64,000 bases of DNA from Parcubacteria group bacterium (GCA_039740835.1 JBCLGW010000001.1:27640-91639), one strand, 5' to 3'. Positions 10,255 to 21,112 are shown, counted from the first letter of the stretch. Notes: generated by a model not told the origin, from the letters alone. Made by a program: numbers and translations.

Positions 10255-10848
10255 ATGGACGAAACATTACAAAAAAACATAGCAGATCAGTGGGAGATAC
10301 TTCCAGATGACATCAAAGCTGTTTTACTTTCACCTGAATTAGAAACAAAACTTGATGTTGTTGCGGAAAAATATCAACTCGCGCCAGAGCAGGCAGTGTC
10401 TCTAAAAACAGAGGTTCAGCTTGTTTTGCTTGGCTTAGAACACATCATTGATTTTGCAAAGAATCTTACGGAAGAATTAAAAATCCAAAAAGAGCAGGCC
10501 CGCGCTATTTCTCAAGAAGTGGGCAGTCAAATATTTTTAGGTGTAAAAGAATCTCTAAAGACACTCGGTGAAATAATAGATATTTTGGATTCTGCGGTAG
10601 AAGATTATAAAAAAGAAATGGCTGAACAAAAAGAAACTCAAACCCCAACAGAACAAATAACCCCAGAAACTATTCTGCCCCCAAACCCGCCCGACATCAC
10701 TCTCATTCCAGAGCACACTGAGCTGGGCACAATAATAGACGAAAAGCTCAGTAAAATAGTGCGCACACCGACAGAAAAAGTGGTTATTTCCGAAAGACCA
10801 GCAAACACATACAAGGGAAATGACCCATATCGTGAACCAACAGAATAA
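10255..10848 (+). CDS. hypothetical protein (C-terminal DPYREP motif)
   Basis: In operon; ends YKGNDPYREPTE. Confidence 0.7.
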   Translation: MDETLQKNIADQWEILPDDIKAVLLSPELETKLDVVAEKYQLAPEQAVSLKTEVQLVLLGLEHIIDFAKNLTEELKIQKEQARAISQEVGSQIFLGVKESLKTLGEIIDILDSAVEDYKKEMAEQKETQTPTEQITPETILPPNPPDITLIPEHTELGTIIDEKLSKIVRTPTEKVVISERPANTYKGNDPYREPTE

Positions 10849-10851
10849 ACT

Positions 10852-11277
10852 ATGAGATTTCAAGTGCCACAATTTACAGATGTTGAGGACAAAATTTTTG
10901 GTCCGCTGACATTCAAGCAGTTTGTATATCTAGCTGGAAGCGGTGGCCTTTGCGTGATTATTTACTTTTTGATACCGATAGGGTTTGTCGCATTTGCTTT
11001 GATGTTGCCTGTGGCTGCGTTTGGAGCAGCACTCGCTTTTTATAAAGTAAACGGCAAGTCTTTTATAAACATGGTGGAGGCATTTTTAAAATACTCAATA
11101 GCAGGAAAGCTCTACATCTGGAAACAAATTGAAAAAAAGCCGGTGGTGGGGTCTGCACCAAAAGAGCTTTCTAGCTCATTTTTACCAAAACTCTCGGGTA
11201 GTAAGCTAAAAGATATGACTTGGAACCTTGGCGTAACAGAGAGCATCAACCCCGTAACAAGAAATGATTTAAATTAA
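10852..11277 (+). CDS. PrgI family (VirB3-like) protein
   Basis: MRFQVPQF.DVEDKIFGPLTFKQF plus two TM segments. Confidence 0.85.
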   Translation: MRFQVPQFTDVEDKIFGPLTFKQFVYLAGSGGLCVIIYFLIPIGFVAFALMLPVAAFGAALAFYKVNGKSFINMVEAFLKYSIAGKLYIWKQIEKKPVVGSAPKELSSSFLPKLSGSKLKDMTWNLGVTESINPVTRNDLN

Positions 11278-11304
11278 GAGAGAAATAAGATATAATTCTT
11301 TAAT

Positions 11305-11943
11305 ATGGCAACAAAAGCTCAAGCCACCCAAGAATTTGTTCCTTTGACTGATATCAAAGACGGCATAGTCACCCTAAAAGATGGCTCACTTCGAGCTGTG
11401 CTCATGGCTTCAAGCGTCAACTTTTCCCTAAAATCAGAAGACGAGCGTATCGCAATTCTTTATCAGTTTCAAGATTTTCTAAACTCGCTAGATTTTTCTG
11501 TGCAAATTTTTATCCAATCACGTCGTCTAGATATTCGCCCATATATCGCTCTACTAGAAGAGCGAGAGAAAAATCAGGTCAACGACCTCATGAAGATTCA
11601 GGTGCAAGAATACATTCAGTTTATAAAAAAGTTTACGGAGGATACAAACATAATGACAAAACATTTTTTTGTTGTCGTGCCGTATTCTCCAGCGACTCTA
11701 CAAGTAAAAAACCCCCTCGCAAATATTTTTGGAAAAAAGAAAAATTCCGAGGGGGAAAAGATTTCAATGCAAGAAAAGTTTGAAGAAAATCGCACACAAC
11801 TAGAGCAGAGACTTTCTGTGGTAGAGCAGGGGCTGGTGCGTAGTGGTGTGCGAATAGTACAGCTTGGCACAGAGGAAATAGTCGAGCTTTTCTACAAAAT
11901 ATTTAATCCGGGTGATGCAGAAAAACCTATTCAACTTCAATAA
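11305..11943 (+). CDS. TraC-like / VirB4 N-terminal-like protein
   Basis: SSVNFSLKSEDE...FQDFLNSLDFSVQI; lies between PrgI and VirB4. Confidence 0.75.
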   Translation: MATKAQATQEFVPLTDIKDGIVTLKDGSLRAVLMASSVNFSLKSEDERIAILYQFQDFLNSLDFSVQIFIQSRRLDIRPYIALLEEREKNQVNDLMKIQVQEYIQFIKKFTEDTNIMTKHFFVVVPYSPATLQVKNPLANIFGKKKNSEGEKISMQEKFEENRTQLEQRLSVVEQGLVRSGVRIVQLGTEEIVELFYKIFNPGDAEKPIQLQ

Positions 11944-11946
11944 CAT

Positions 11947-13761
11947 ATGAGCTTTTTAAACAAATTATTTGGAAATAGCAAAAACAAAGACGAGCTTGTC
12001 GGCATGCTTCCGCAAGAGATTTACAAAGCACAAACTCTTGAATTAAGAGATGTTATTGCGCCGAGTGCTTTGAAAATTGGGCCGAGGGGGCTCAACTTGG
12101 GGGATAAAATAGTGCGTACATTTTTTGTCATATCATATCCGCGATTTTTGGGTGAGAGCTGGTTTGCGCCGATAATAAATCTAGACCGAGTTTTTGATGT
12201 TTCTATTTTCATACACCCGATAGATACCGTAAAAGTTTTGCGACAATTCCAAAAAAAGGTCGCTGAAGTACAAAGCCAAATCCATGACCGTGAAGAAAGA
12301 GGAATGGTGCGTGACCCAATGCTAGATACTGCGTATCAAGACCTAGAAAACCTGCGCGACAATCTACAGCAAGCCCAAGAAAAGCTTTTTGATGTTGGAC
12401 TTTATATTTCAATATATGGAGAGAGCGATGCTGAGCTTGATAAAATAGAATCTGAAATAAAATCAATTCTTGAATCAAAGCTTGTGTATGTAAAACCCGC
12501 ACTGTTTCAACAAGAGCAAGGATACAAAAGCGTGCTACCCATCGGCACAGACTTGCTTGCTGTGCATTCAAAGCTAAACTCTTCTCCGCTTTCAAGTCTT
12601 TTTCCATTTATATCTTTTGACCTTACATCAGACAAGGGGATTCTTTATGGTATAAATCGTCACAACTCAAGTTTGGTACTTTTTGATAGATTTTCTCTTG
12701 AAAATTACAACTCAATCACTTTCGCAAAATCTGGTTCTGGAAAATCATACGCCACAAAACTAGAAATACTTCGCACACTGATGTTTGAAACAGAGGTGAT
12801 AGTCATTGACCCAGAACGAGAGTACGAGTACATGGCGGAGGCCGTCGGTGGAAGATATTTTAAAATATCTTTAAACTCAGAGCATCATATCAACCCTTTT
12901 GACTTACCGCCACCAACCGAGGGAGAGTCCTCTGCCAACATCTTGAGGAGTAACATCATAAATCTAGTGGGGCTTTTTAGACTTATGCTTGGGGGGATTT
13001 CTGCTGAGGAAGACGCTATCGTAGACCGCGCAATCACTGAAACATATGCATTAAAAGACATCACCTCCGAGTCTGATTTTACAAACATTGACCCGCCACT
13101 AATGTCAGACTTTGAGCTCGTACTCTCTGGAATGGAGGGGGGTGAGTCACTAGCACAGCGTCTCACAAAATATACAAAAGGTACTTGGGCTGGATTTATA
13201 AACAGACCGACAAATATAGATATAAACAAAAAGTTTATCGTTTTTTCTTTGCGCGATATGGAAGACGAGCTCAAACCGATAGCGATGTATATCGTAATGC
13301 ATTACATTTGGGGAGCAATACGCCGAGAACTCAAAAAGCGTCTACTCGTCATTGACGAGGCTTGGTGGATGATGAAATCAGACGACACAGCGTCTTTTCT
13401 ACTTTCGCTTGCAAAACGTGGACGAAAATATTATCTCGGTCTAGCAACCATTACCCAAGACGTGGACGACTTTCTCAAATCTCCGTACGGTCTACCTATC
13501 ATCACCAACTCATCTATTCAGATTTTACTCAAACAGTCACCAACATCTATAGACAAACTTCAACAAACCTTCAACCTTACCGACGAAGAAAAATATTTAC
13601 TATTGGAGTCTGGATTAGGAGAAGGAATATTCTTTGCCGGACTAAAGCATGTTGCGATAAAAATTATTGCTTCTTATACCGAAGACCAAATCATCACCTC
13701 AGATCCGTCTCAGATTTTATCTATCCAACGAGCGAAAAAAGAATTGGAGGGTGCGAAATAA
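11947..13761 (+). CDS. VirB4-like conjugal transfer ATPase
   Basis: Walker A AKSGSGKS, IDPEREY, Walker B LLVIDEAW, AKRGRKY, ITQ. Confidence 0.9.
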   Translation: MSFLNKLFGNSKNKDELVGMLPQEIYKAQTLELRDVIAPSALKIGPRGLNLGDKIVRTFFVISYPRFLGESWFAPIINLDRVFDVSIFIHPIDTVKVLRQFQKKVAEVQSQIHDREERGMVRDPMLDTAYQDLENLRDNLQQAQEKLFDVGLYISIYGESDAELDKIESEIKSILESKLVYVKPALFQQEQGYKSVLPIGTDLLAVHSKLNSSPLSSLFPFISFDLTSDKGILYGINRHNSSLVLFDRFSLENYNSITFAKSGSGKSYATKLEILRTLMFETEVIVIDPEREYEYMAEAVGGRYFKISLNSEHHINPFDLPPPTEGESSANILRSNIINLVGLFRLMLGGISAEEDAIVDRAITETYALKDITSESDFTNIDPPLMSDFELVLSGMEGGESLAQRLTKYTKGTWAGFINRPTNIDINKKFIVFSLRDMEDELKPIAMYIVMHYIWGAIRRELKKRLLVIDEAWWMMKSDDTASFLLSLAKRGRKYYLGLATITQDVDDFLKSPYGLPIITNSSIQILLKQSPTSIDKLQQTFNLTDEEKYLLLESGLGEGIFFAGLKHVAIKIIASYTEDQIITSDPSQILSIQRAKKELEGAK

Positions 13762-13767
13762 AAAATT

Positions 13768-14280
13768 ATGCAAAAAATTCCGAAAACAACTGCTGTATTG
13801 ATGGTCTTGTTGGCTGTGTCCGTGGATGTTTTGGGGTTTTTAATAGGACTTCTTCACTTTATTCCTGTTTTGGGCAATATTATCGCTGCTGTTGTTATTT
13901 GGATTATGTCTCTTATTGCTGTGTTTGTTTTTTATATTTGGTTAAAAATGAAAAATGTTAGTTTTGTAAGTGCAAAAAGAGTTTTGAGTTTTTTTGGTAG
14001 TTTTTTTGGAGAGATGATACCAGTAATAGACGCCTTCCCACTGTGGACAACAGGAATAGCCCTTACAATAGGGTCTGTTTGGATGGAGGAGGCCCTAGAG
14101 CAAATAACGGGAATGAAAGTAAGTATAAATGCAATGGCTTCTGGTGGTGTTAAGAATAAGGCAGGAGCTGATGCTGGAACACAAAGACTTGGCGAACCAA
14201 GCCTTGAAAGGGCAGGAATAGACGAAAAAACAGTGCGTTCGGCAGACGCTGTGCAAAGCAAAATTCCTCCAACTGCATAA
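13768..14280 (+). CDS. membrane hypothetical protein in T4SS locus
   Basis: Three hydrophobic segments; EMIPVIDAFPLWT. Confidence 0.7.
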   Translation: MQKIPKTTAVLMVLLAVSVDVLGFLIGLLHFIPVLGNIIAAVVIWIMSLIAVFVFYIWLKMKNVSFVSAKRVLSFFGSFFGEMIPVIDAFPLWTTGIALTIGSVWMEEALEQITGMKVSINAMASGGVKNKAGADAGTQRLGEPSLERAGIDEKTVRSADAVQSKIPPTA

Positions 14281-14331
14281 AACCTATTGAAGAAAGTGTT
14301 TGGTGTGCTAAAATTAAAGTGTAATTTCCAT

Positions 14332-15339
14332 ATGTTGCATTTATCTAAAAAAATTATTCTAAATACACTCTTTGCCTTTTTCTTTTTGGGTAGTACAGTC
14401 GCGCTAGCACAAACACCACAGACAATGGGGGGGTTATCAACATTTCCAAAATATCCCAGGCCAAACGAGCTCGTGACTGTCCACCTAAACGACTACTCTA
14501 TAAACCTAAACGCAACGGAGGTCACTTGGTCACTAGACGGCAAAATACAGAAAAAAGGAATCGGTGAAAAACAATTTCAATTTACAGCTGGAGCTATTGG
14601 TAAAAAATCGGTCGTAAAAGCGTCAACAAATACTTACACCCTAACCCTCAACATTAATCCTGTCGGACTAGATATTTTCTGGCAGACACAGACCTACACA
14701 CCGCCATTTTACAAAGGTAAGGCATTGTTTTCATATCAAAGCGCCGTTGATTTTGTCGCGCTTCCGGTTTTCCTAAATTCAAGTGGTGTCCTGATAGATC
14801 CAAAAACTCTCATTTACACTTGGTCAAAAAATAATGCGGTGGCAGGCAATCTTTCTGGATACGGCAAAAACAGCATATCTTTAGTGGGTGGTGTATTAGC
14901 AAAGCCAATGACCATTGGCGTGAAAGTATCATCTATAGACGACACCCTAGAATCAGAAACGGAAATCTCTCTCACAGCAAATTCTCCACAAACAATATTG
15001 TACGAAAATCATCCACTATATGGCATTACCTATAATAAATCCTTACCGTATCAACTTAGTTTGGATGAAAAAGAAATTACTCTATCTGTCGCACCGTACT
15101 TTTTTGATGTGAATAGAAAAGACAAACCGACAATTTCTTATGTTTGGAAAATGAACGGAAAAGAAATACAAAATCTGGAAAAACCATTTTCACTAGTACT
15201 CAGAAAACCCGAGGGTGGGGGAGCTGGATCAGCTATACTTTCTTTGCTAATCACTCAGACAGAAAAAATGTTTCAGTTTGCCAACAGCTCCATTTCTATA
15301 TTTTTTAAGTCCGAAGAGGAAACACAAACAAACATATGA
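14332..15339 (+). CDS. secreted beta-rich (Ig/PKD-like) hypothetical protein
   Basis: Signal peptide ALA-Q; TYTPPFYKGKAL. Confidence 0.7.
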   Translation: MLHLSKKIILNTLFAFFFLGSTVALAQTPQTMGGLSTFPKYPRPNELVTVHLNDYSINLNATEVTWSLDGKIQKKGIGEKQFQFTAGAIGKKSVVKASTNTYTLTLNINPVGLDIFWQTQTYTPPFYKGKALFSYQSAVDFVALPVFLNSSGVLIDPKTLIYTWSKNNAVAGNLSGYGKNSISLVGGVLAKPMTIGVKVSSIDDTLESETEISLTANSPQTILYENHPLYGITYNKSLPYQLSLDEKEITLSVAPYFFDVNRKDKPTISYVWKMNGKEIQNLEKPFSLVLRKPEGGGAGSAILSLLITQTEKMFQFANSSISIFFKSEEETQTNI

Positions 15340-15764
15340 TAAAAAGGTTTAGAAAAAATTTTGGATTTGTTTTTTTACTTCTGGCGTTTTCTGCTGTGTT
15401 TTTTGGTGGTGTAAATGTAAAAGTATCTACAGCTGAACATAACTATGTGCCTCTAGCTCCAATAACTGGGGTAGTAGAGGGCAGAAACGTCACCCTAAAC
15501 ACCTACCTACCTGCAATGTTTAAATTTTTGATCGGAGTGGCGGCTGTGCTTGCTGTTATTATGATCACTATCGGTGGTATTCAATATATGTCGACAGACG
15601 CTATATTCGAAAAAAGTGAGGGAAAGGAGCGCATAAGACGGGCTCTTGGCGGACTTTTTCTGGCTCTTGTTGCTTGGCTTGTACTACAAACAATAAACCC
15701 CAAACTACTGAATACCAATCTTAATATGCAAAATATGGACGCGGGAACAACCCAAACACCTTAA
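15336..15764 (+). CDS. VirB2/TrbC-like pilin
   Basis: AVLAVIMITIGGIQYMST...GKERIRRALGGLFLALVAWLVLQTINP. Confidence 0.75.
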   Translation: MIKRFRKNFGFVFLLLAFSAVFFGGVNVKVSTAEHNYVPLAPITGVVEGRNVTLNTYLPAMFKFLIGVAAVLAVIMITIGGIQYMSTDAIFEKSEGKERIRRALGGLFLALVAWLVLQTINPKLLNTNLNMQNMDAGTTQTP

Positions 15765-15773
15765 TCTTACAAA

Positions 15774-17018
15774 ATGTTAAAAAAAATAATCACAATACTT
15801 TTCATACTTATAGTCCTCATTGCTGGCGTTTTTGCTTTTTTGTATTTCACACAAAAAGATAGCGGTAGTGGGGGTAGAGGAATAAGTGTACGGGATTTTT
15901 TCCCTTTTGGACAAGAGTCGAGTACTCCAGCCACAACACCGAGTCAAGAAACAGAAAATAGAGTGCCCGTTGAAACAGCAAAAACACCGACAGTACCTCC
16001 AGATTTACGACAAATATATGCATACCCAGTATCGGGGGCTGGTGCGTTTTCTAGTACAAGTACTACTGTGGTGCGTTTTATAGACAAAGCTACCGGCAAC
16101 CTATACGAAGCAGAGACAGATTTAGATATTGTTACTAGAATTTCAAACACAACAATACCAAAAGTTTATAGTGCAATATTTTCAGACAAAAATTCTGTTG
16201 TACTAAGGTACGCACAAGATGACACAGACCTCATAGAAACCGTTTATGGAAAAGTTGCTACAAGTACTGCGACCAGCACAGCGGGTTCTGTTGTTGAACT
16301 AAAAACCGTATACCTTGACCCAAACATAAAAGAGCTTGTTTTGTCAGATAAAAACGACCGCATTCTTTCTATCACACAATCTGGCACTGGCTCAATCGGC
16401 ACACTTTCAAAACCAGACGGCACAACAAAAACCCAACTTTTTACATCACCGATACGCGAGTGGGTACCACAGTGGCTAAAAACAAACACAGTCACCCTCA
16501 CAACAAAAGCTAGTACAGAGGTCGCTGGATTTATGTATTCAGTGAATACAACAAACGGTGTGATGCAACCAATACTTTCAAACATCTTTGGGCTAACAAC
16601 ACTCACAAACAACATCGCCTCAACAACACTTTTCACATACAGCACCACAGACGGGATTTTCGCATTACAAACATACGATTGGAATAAAAAAGTCACCACA
16701 CAATTTCCACTCTCACCAACTTTTGTAGATAAATGTGTATGGAGTAAAAAAAATGCGGACCTAGTTTACTGCGCGGTGCCACATACCATGCCAAAGGGGG
16801 ATTATCCTGACGCATGGTACAAAGGCCTTGTGTCTTTCTCAGACGACATCTGGCGTGTAAATGTATCCACCGGCAACAAAGAGCTTGTCGCCGAGCTAAA
16901 AACGATATCGGGCAGAGACCTAGATGTCATAAACCCATCTCTAGACGGGGCAGAAAATTACTTTGTATTCACAAACAAAACAGACCTTACCCTTTGGAGT
17001 TATAAATTAAAAAACTAG
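15774..17018 (+). CDS. membrane-anchored, probable beta-propeller protein
   Basis: N-terminal TM, Thr-rich linker, DKCVWS...VYCAVP...WY...SFSDDIW. Confidence 0.65.
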   Translation: MLKKIITILFILIVLIAGVFAFLYFTQKDSGSGGRGISVRDFFPFGQESSTPATTPSQETENRVPVETAKTPTVPPDLRQIYAYPVSGAGAFSSTSTTVVRFIDKATGNLYEAETDLDIVTRISNTTIPKVYSAIFSDKNSVVLRYAQDDTDLIETVYGKVATSTATSTAGSVVELKTVYLDPNIKELVLSDKNDRILSITQSGTGSIGTLSKPDGTTKTQLFTSPIREWVPQWLKTNTVTLTTKASTEVAGFMYSVNTTNGVMQPILSNIFGLTTLTNNIASTTLFTYSTTDGIFALQTYDWNKKVTTQFPLSPTFVDKCVWSKKNADLVYCAVPHTMPKGDYPDAWYKGLVSFSDDIWRVNVSTGNKELVAELKTISGRDLDVINPSLDGAENYFVFTNKTDLTLWSYKLKN

Positions 17019-17746
17019 TTTTTATTGTATTTTTTTCGCAAAAATAGTTCTTGACCGATAGCAAAAAGATTGCTTGTAATCCAGTATAAAGAGATGGCTG
17101 TAGAAATACTGTAGGCGAAAACAACAGACAAAACAGGGAAGATGTATTTCATTTGAATACTCATACTTCTAGCGAGATCGTGTTTGAAAGAGTCGGATGC
17201 ACTAGCGCCTTCTTTTTTAGCCTGTGCCTTTGGGGTAATAAATTTCATCTGAAAATAAGTTGTTACACCAACCAAAATAGCTAGTGGTATGTTCTTTTGG
17301 GAAATATCCAAAAAACCAAGAAAAAACATGTTTATCGTCTCTGGTGCGTGCACAAAACCATACAAAATGTCAGCAGTAACTTTTGGTAGACCTGACTGCC
17401 AAAAAAGTCTGTACAAAGCAAAAATTATTGGCAGCTGTATAAGAATGAGTAGTATGCTTAAAAACGGCTGAACTTTTTTTTCTTTATACAAAGCAAACGT
17501 TTTTCGCGCCTGCTCCTGCTTGTCGTCTTTGTATTTTTCTTTTATGCGGTCTATGTCTGGCTGAATTTCCTTCATCTTTATCTGTGTTATCACAGATTTT
17601 TTTGAAAGAGGAAAAAGAACAAGCTTTACTAAAACAGTGAGCAAAATCACCAACATTCCAGCATCTGCCCAAGGAAACGTGTTTATTAAAAAAATAAAAC
17701 CGTTGTAAAGCGGGTGATAGATGAGCGTATTGTATATTGATAACAT
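17015..17746 (-). CDS. yidC: membrane protein insertase YidC
   Basis: ILLTVLVKLVLFPL, LIQLPIIFALY, LYWITSN; rnpA context. Confidence 0.93.
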   Translation of the reverse strand: MLSIYNTLIYHPLYNGFIFLINTFPWADAGMLVILLTVLVKLVLFPLSKKSVITQIKMKEIQPDIDRIKEKYKDDKQEQARKTFALYKEKKVQPFLSILLILIQLPIIFALYRLFWQSGLPKVTADILYGFVHAPETINMFFLGFLDISQKNIPLAILVGVTTYFQMKFITPKAQAKKEGASASDSFKHDLARSMSIQMKYIFPVLSVVFAYSISTAISLYWITSNLFAIGQELFLRKKYNKN

Positions 17747-17782
17747 CAGATTATTGTAGCTTATTGAGAGGACTATTTCAAA

Positions 17783-18112
17783 CTATATTATTTGGGCTTT
17801 TTTCATCAAACCCACGATTTCTTCTTTTTGTTTTTCAAAAGATAATGTCAGAGCTCCTTTTTTTGCCGAAAAAACGGCTTTGGCTGGTTTTTTTATATCA
17901 CTCAAATGTTCTCGGATTAAAGAGTATACTCTTCGGCGGATTCTGTTTCTATCTACTGCATTTTGGGCTACTTTTTTTGAAACAAGCACGGCATAAGAGT
18001 CTGTATTTGAGGGTAGAGCTCTAAGGGTAAAATAGGTTGAGTGGTACAAAGACCCTTGTAGTAGAATCGGTTTAAAAGAATCTTTTGAAATTCTTTTATG
18101 CTTTGGCAACAT
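17783..18112 (-). CDS. rnpA: ribonuclease P protein component
   Basis: VSKKVAQNAVDRNRIRR. Confidence 0.93.
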   Translation of the reverse strand: MLPKHKRISKDSFKPILLQGSLYHSTYFTLRALPSNTDSYAVLVSKKVAQNAVDRNRIRRRVYSLIREHLSDIKKPAKAVFSAKKGALTLSFEKQKEEIVGLMKKAQII

Positions 18113-18121
18113 AAAATATGG

Positions 18122-18256
18122 CTATACAGAGAGCTTTGTTCGGCCTTTTCGTCGGCGTCGAGTGATGACCTTTTTACCCCCAGCTGTTCTAGACCGCACT
18201 AGAAAACCGTGAGATCTTGCTCGTTTTCGTTTTTTTGGTTGGTATGTTTGAGACAT
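18122..18256 (-). CDS. rpmH: 50S ribosomal protein L34 (not in ORF track)
   Basis: [44 protein letters not shown]. Confidence 0.95.
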   Translation of the reverse strand: MSQTYQPKKRKRARSHGFLVRSRTAGGKKVITRRRRKGRTKLSV

Positions 18257-18412
18257 ATAGGGGGATTATATATGAGTAATCTGATTATTTCAAGGTTTTT
18301 GGTGCTATTAGACTTATTCACAGTATATACACAGAGTATCAACATAATTAGGTATTTACCGCAAGTATAAAACAACTCATCATCATATATAATAAACCTT
18401 AAGAAATTTAAA

Positions 18413-19774
18413 ATGCAGACTCAAATTATGGATAGTAAAAAAATGTGGGATAGTGTACTTGTGGATGTTGAAATAAATGTTTCAAAAGCAAATTTTAATA
18501 CGTGGTTTAAAGATACCTTTATTTACAAAATAGAAGAGGGAATTGTTTACTTGAGCGTACCAAATTCATTTGTAAAACAGTGGTTGATGGATAAATATCA
18601 CGCCTTTATACTCAAATCTCTACGAAATCTCTCAGAAAACATCCGATCTTTGGATTATATAGTCAACAAGGGGGATATAAAGAAAAAAGAGGATGAAATG
18701 CCTAAAAATATTACTGCGAGTACAAACGAGCTACCACTTTCAGAGTTTTATATAAACAAAGATGATAATTTAAATCCGAAATACACATTTGATTCTTTTG
18801 TTATCGGCCCATTCAACGAGCTAGCTCACGCTGCATCTCAAGCAATAATCAAAAAACCGGGGATTATTTACAACCCGCTTTTTATTTACGGAAATACTGG
18901 CCACGGAAAAACTCATCTCATCCAAGCGATAGGTAACACAATGAAGCACAACTACCCCGACAGAAAAATCTGTTATGTAACTTCAGAAAAATTTACTGTT
19001 GACTACGTAAACTCTGTTCAAAACAACAAAGTAAATCAGTTTAAGGATAAATATAGAAAATACGACATTCTAATAATGGACGACATCCAGTTTTTCTCAA
19101 AAAAAGAAAGCACACAGGAGGAGCTTTTCCATCTTTTCAACCACCTATACGACAACAACAAACAAATTATATTCTCTTCTGATAAACACCCCAACTACAT
19201 TCAAAACCTAGAAGAGCGCCTCAAATCACGCTTTGGGGCTGGAATGATAGTGGACATACCAGCGCCTAATCACGAATCTAGGGTGGCTATATTAAACGCT
19301 AAACTAAAGTTTCATAACTTTAATCTTCAGCCAGAGATAGTAGACTTTCTAGCTGGGACGCTCTCCTCCAACATCCGCGAGCTTGAGGGTGCTTTAAACA
19401 GCATCATCTGCCAAGCAGAACTTAAACAAAAAGATCTCACACTAGCTGATGTAAAAAATCTCCTTAAAAACAGTGTCAAACCAAAGAAAAATCTTTCTCC
19501 AAAGGAAATTATAAAAATAATCGCTGATTTTTATAATATAAACGAGGAAAGTATATACGAAAAAACTCGTAAAAAAGAAATTATCAAACCTCGCCAACTA
19601 GCAATGTATGTGTTGAGAGAAGATTTCAATATATCTTACCCATCAATAGGGGAGAAAATGGGGGGGAGAGATCACACCACAGTTATTCATTCCTGTGAAA
19701 AGATAAAAAAGGATTTGAAATATGATAATCTTTTAATGCAGGAGTTAAACCAAATCCGGTCGATGTTGGTTTGA
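18413..19774 (+). CDS. dnaA: chromosomal replication initiator
   Basis: LNPKYTFDSFV, YNPLFIYG..GHGKTHL, GGRDHTTVIHS. Confidence 0.97.
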   Translation: MQTQIMDSKKMWDSVLVDVEINVSKANFNTWFKDTFIYKIEEGIVYLSVPNSFVKQWLMDKYHAFILKSLRNLSENIRSLDYIVNKGDIKKKEDEMPKNITASTNELPLSEFYINKDDNLNPKYTFDSFVIGPFNELAHAASQAIIKKPGIIYNPLFIYGNTGHGKTHLIQAIGNTMKHNYPDRKICYVTSEKFTVDYVNSVQNNKVNQFKDKYRKYDILIMDDIQFFSKKESTQEELFHLFNHLYDNNKQIIFSSDKHPNYIQNLEERLKSRFGAGMIVDIPAPNHESRVAILNAKLKFHNFNLQPEIVDFLAGTLSSNIRELEGALNSIICQAELKQKDLTLADVKNLLKNSVKPKKNLSPKEIIKIIADFYNINEESIYEKTRKKEIIKPRQLAMYVLREDFNISYPSIGEKMGGRDHTTVIHSCEKIKKDLKYDNLLMQELNQIRSMLV

Positions 19775-19779
19775 CCTTT

Positions 19780-20000
19780 TTAGTGCTGTGTATATGATGT
19801 GAATAAAGTGCAATAGATGTGGATAAGATTGGGGTGTTTTAAAAAAGAGATTACTTATAAACAAACCGCCAAAAATAATCAACACCTTTTTAAACTTAAA
19901 CCCATAAAAAACGTTGCAAAATATAGTTAAATAAAGTTATCCAGTTATCAACACCCCTAGTATTAATAATAAATTTATATATAGATATATATTAAATACT
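19780..20000. other. probable oriC (DnaA-box cluster with AT-rich end); additional boxes at 18314-18344
   Basis: TGTGAATAA 19798, TGTGGATAA 19818, TTATAAACA, TTATCAACA, followed by AT-rich tract before dnaN. Confidence 0.75.
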
Positions 20001-20004
20001 GCTT

Positions 20005-21108
20005 ATGAAAGTAGAATGCCTAACAGAAAAATTAAGTAAAAGTATTTTACAAGCAGAAAGAATTGCTGGTAAAACACACTCACTTCCTATTATTAATTGT
20101 GTGTTTATACAAGCTAAGGATAATTCTTTAATAATACGGTCAACAAATCTTGATTTGGGTGTTGAGATAATAATTCCTGTAAAAGTTTTTGAGGAAGGGG
20201 TGGTGGTGGTGCCGGCGCAAATTTTAGGGGTTTTTCTATCTAGTCTTTTAGGTGATAAAACAGTGACACTACACACAGAGGATAATGTTTTATTAGTTTC
20301 ATCTCAAAAAAACTCAACAAAAATAAAAACTCATATAAATGAAGATTTCCCAACAATACCAGTAGTTTCTAAAGAAAAAAGTTTTAATATAAAAGCATTA
20401 GATTTTATAAAAGGTTTGAAGTCTGTGTGGTATAGCTCGTCTGTTTCAAGTATAAAGTCAGAACTAGCTAGTGTTTATGTTTACTATGATGAGGATGATA
20501 ATTTTGTTTTTGTGGCAACAGATTCATTTAGACTTGCGGAGAAAAAAATAAAAGTAAATAAAATAAAAGATTTTGACCATATTTTAATACCATTTAAAAA
20601 TATTCCAGAAATAATAAGGGTTCTTGAGGGGGCAACAAACGACGTGAGTATTTGTTTAGAAAAAAACCAAATATCTTTTAGTTATGAAAATATTTATCTA
20701 ACATCTCGTGTTATTGATGGTGTTTTCCCAGATTACAAACAAATTATTCCAAAAACACAAACAACAGAAGTTGTTATGTTGAAACAAGATTTTATAAATT
20801 CTTTAAAAATCGCAAACATTTTCTCAAATAAATTAAATCAAATAAATATAAAAGCCGTACCTTCTAAGAAAATATTTGAATTACAAACAAAAAACTCGGA
20901 TGTTGGAGAAAATATAAACGAAATAGACGCTATTTTTAGTGGGGAAGACGTAGATATAAACTTTAATTATAAGTATATAGTTGATTGTTTACAGTCTATA
21001 GATTCAGATAGTATCTCTTTAAATTTCAACGGCATAAGTAAACCAATGGTTATTCGTGGTGTTTCTGATAAATCATTTCTTTATCTTGTGATGCCTATGA
21101 ATAAATAG
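20005..21108 (+). CDS. dnaN: DNA polymerase III beta clamp
   Basis: STNLDLG, VATDSFRLAEK, FPDYKQIIP, YLVMPM. Confidence 0.96.
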   Translation: MKVECLTEKLSKSILQAERIAGKTHSLPIINCVFIQAKDNSLIIRSTNLDLGVEIIIPVKVFEEGVVVVPAQILGVFLSSLLGDKTVTLHTEDNVLLVSSQKNSTKIKTHINEDFPTIPVVSKEKSFNIKALDFIKGLKSVWYSSSVSSIKSELASVYVYYDEDDNFVFVATDSFRLAEKKIKVNKIKDFDHILIPFKNIPEIIRVLEGATNDVSICLEKNQISFSYENIYLTSRVIDGVFPDYKQIIPKTQTTEVVMLKQDFINSLKIANIFSNKLNQINIKAVPSKKIFELQTKNSDVGENINEIDAIFSGEDVDINFNYKYIVDCLQSIDSDSISLNFNGISKPMVIRGVSDKSFLYLVMPMNK

Positions 21109-21112
21109 GTTT

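Noticed and set aside
5526-17018. Conjugative element or ICE
   Set aside because: No relaxase, integrase or att repeats; the locus is embedded among core genes beside oriC.
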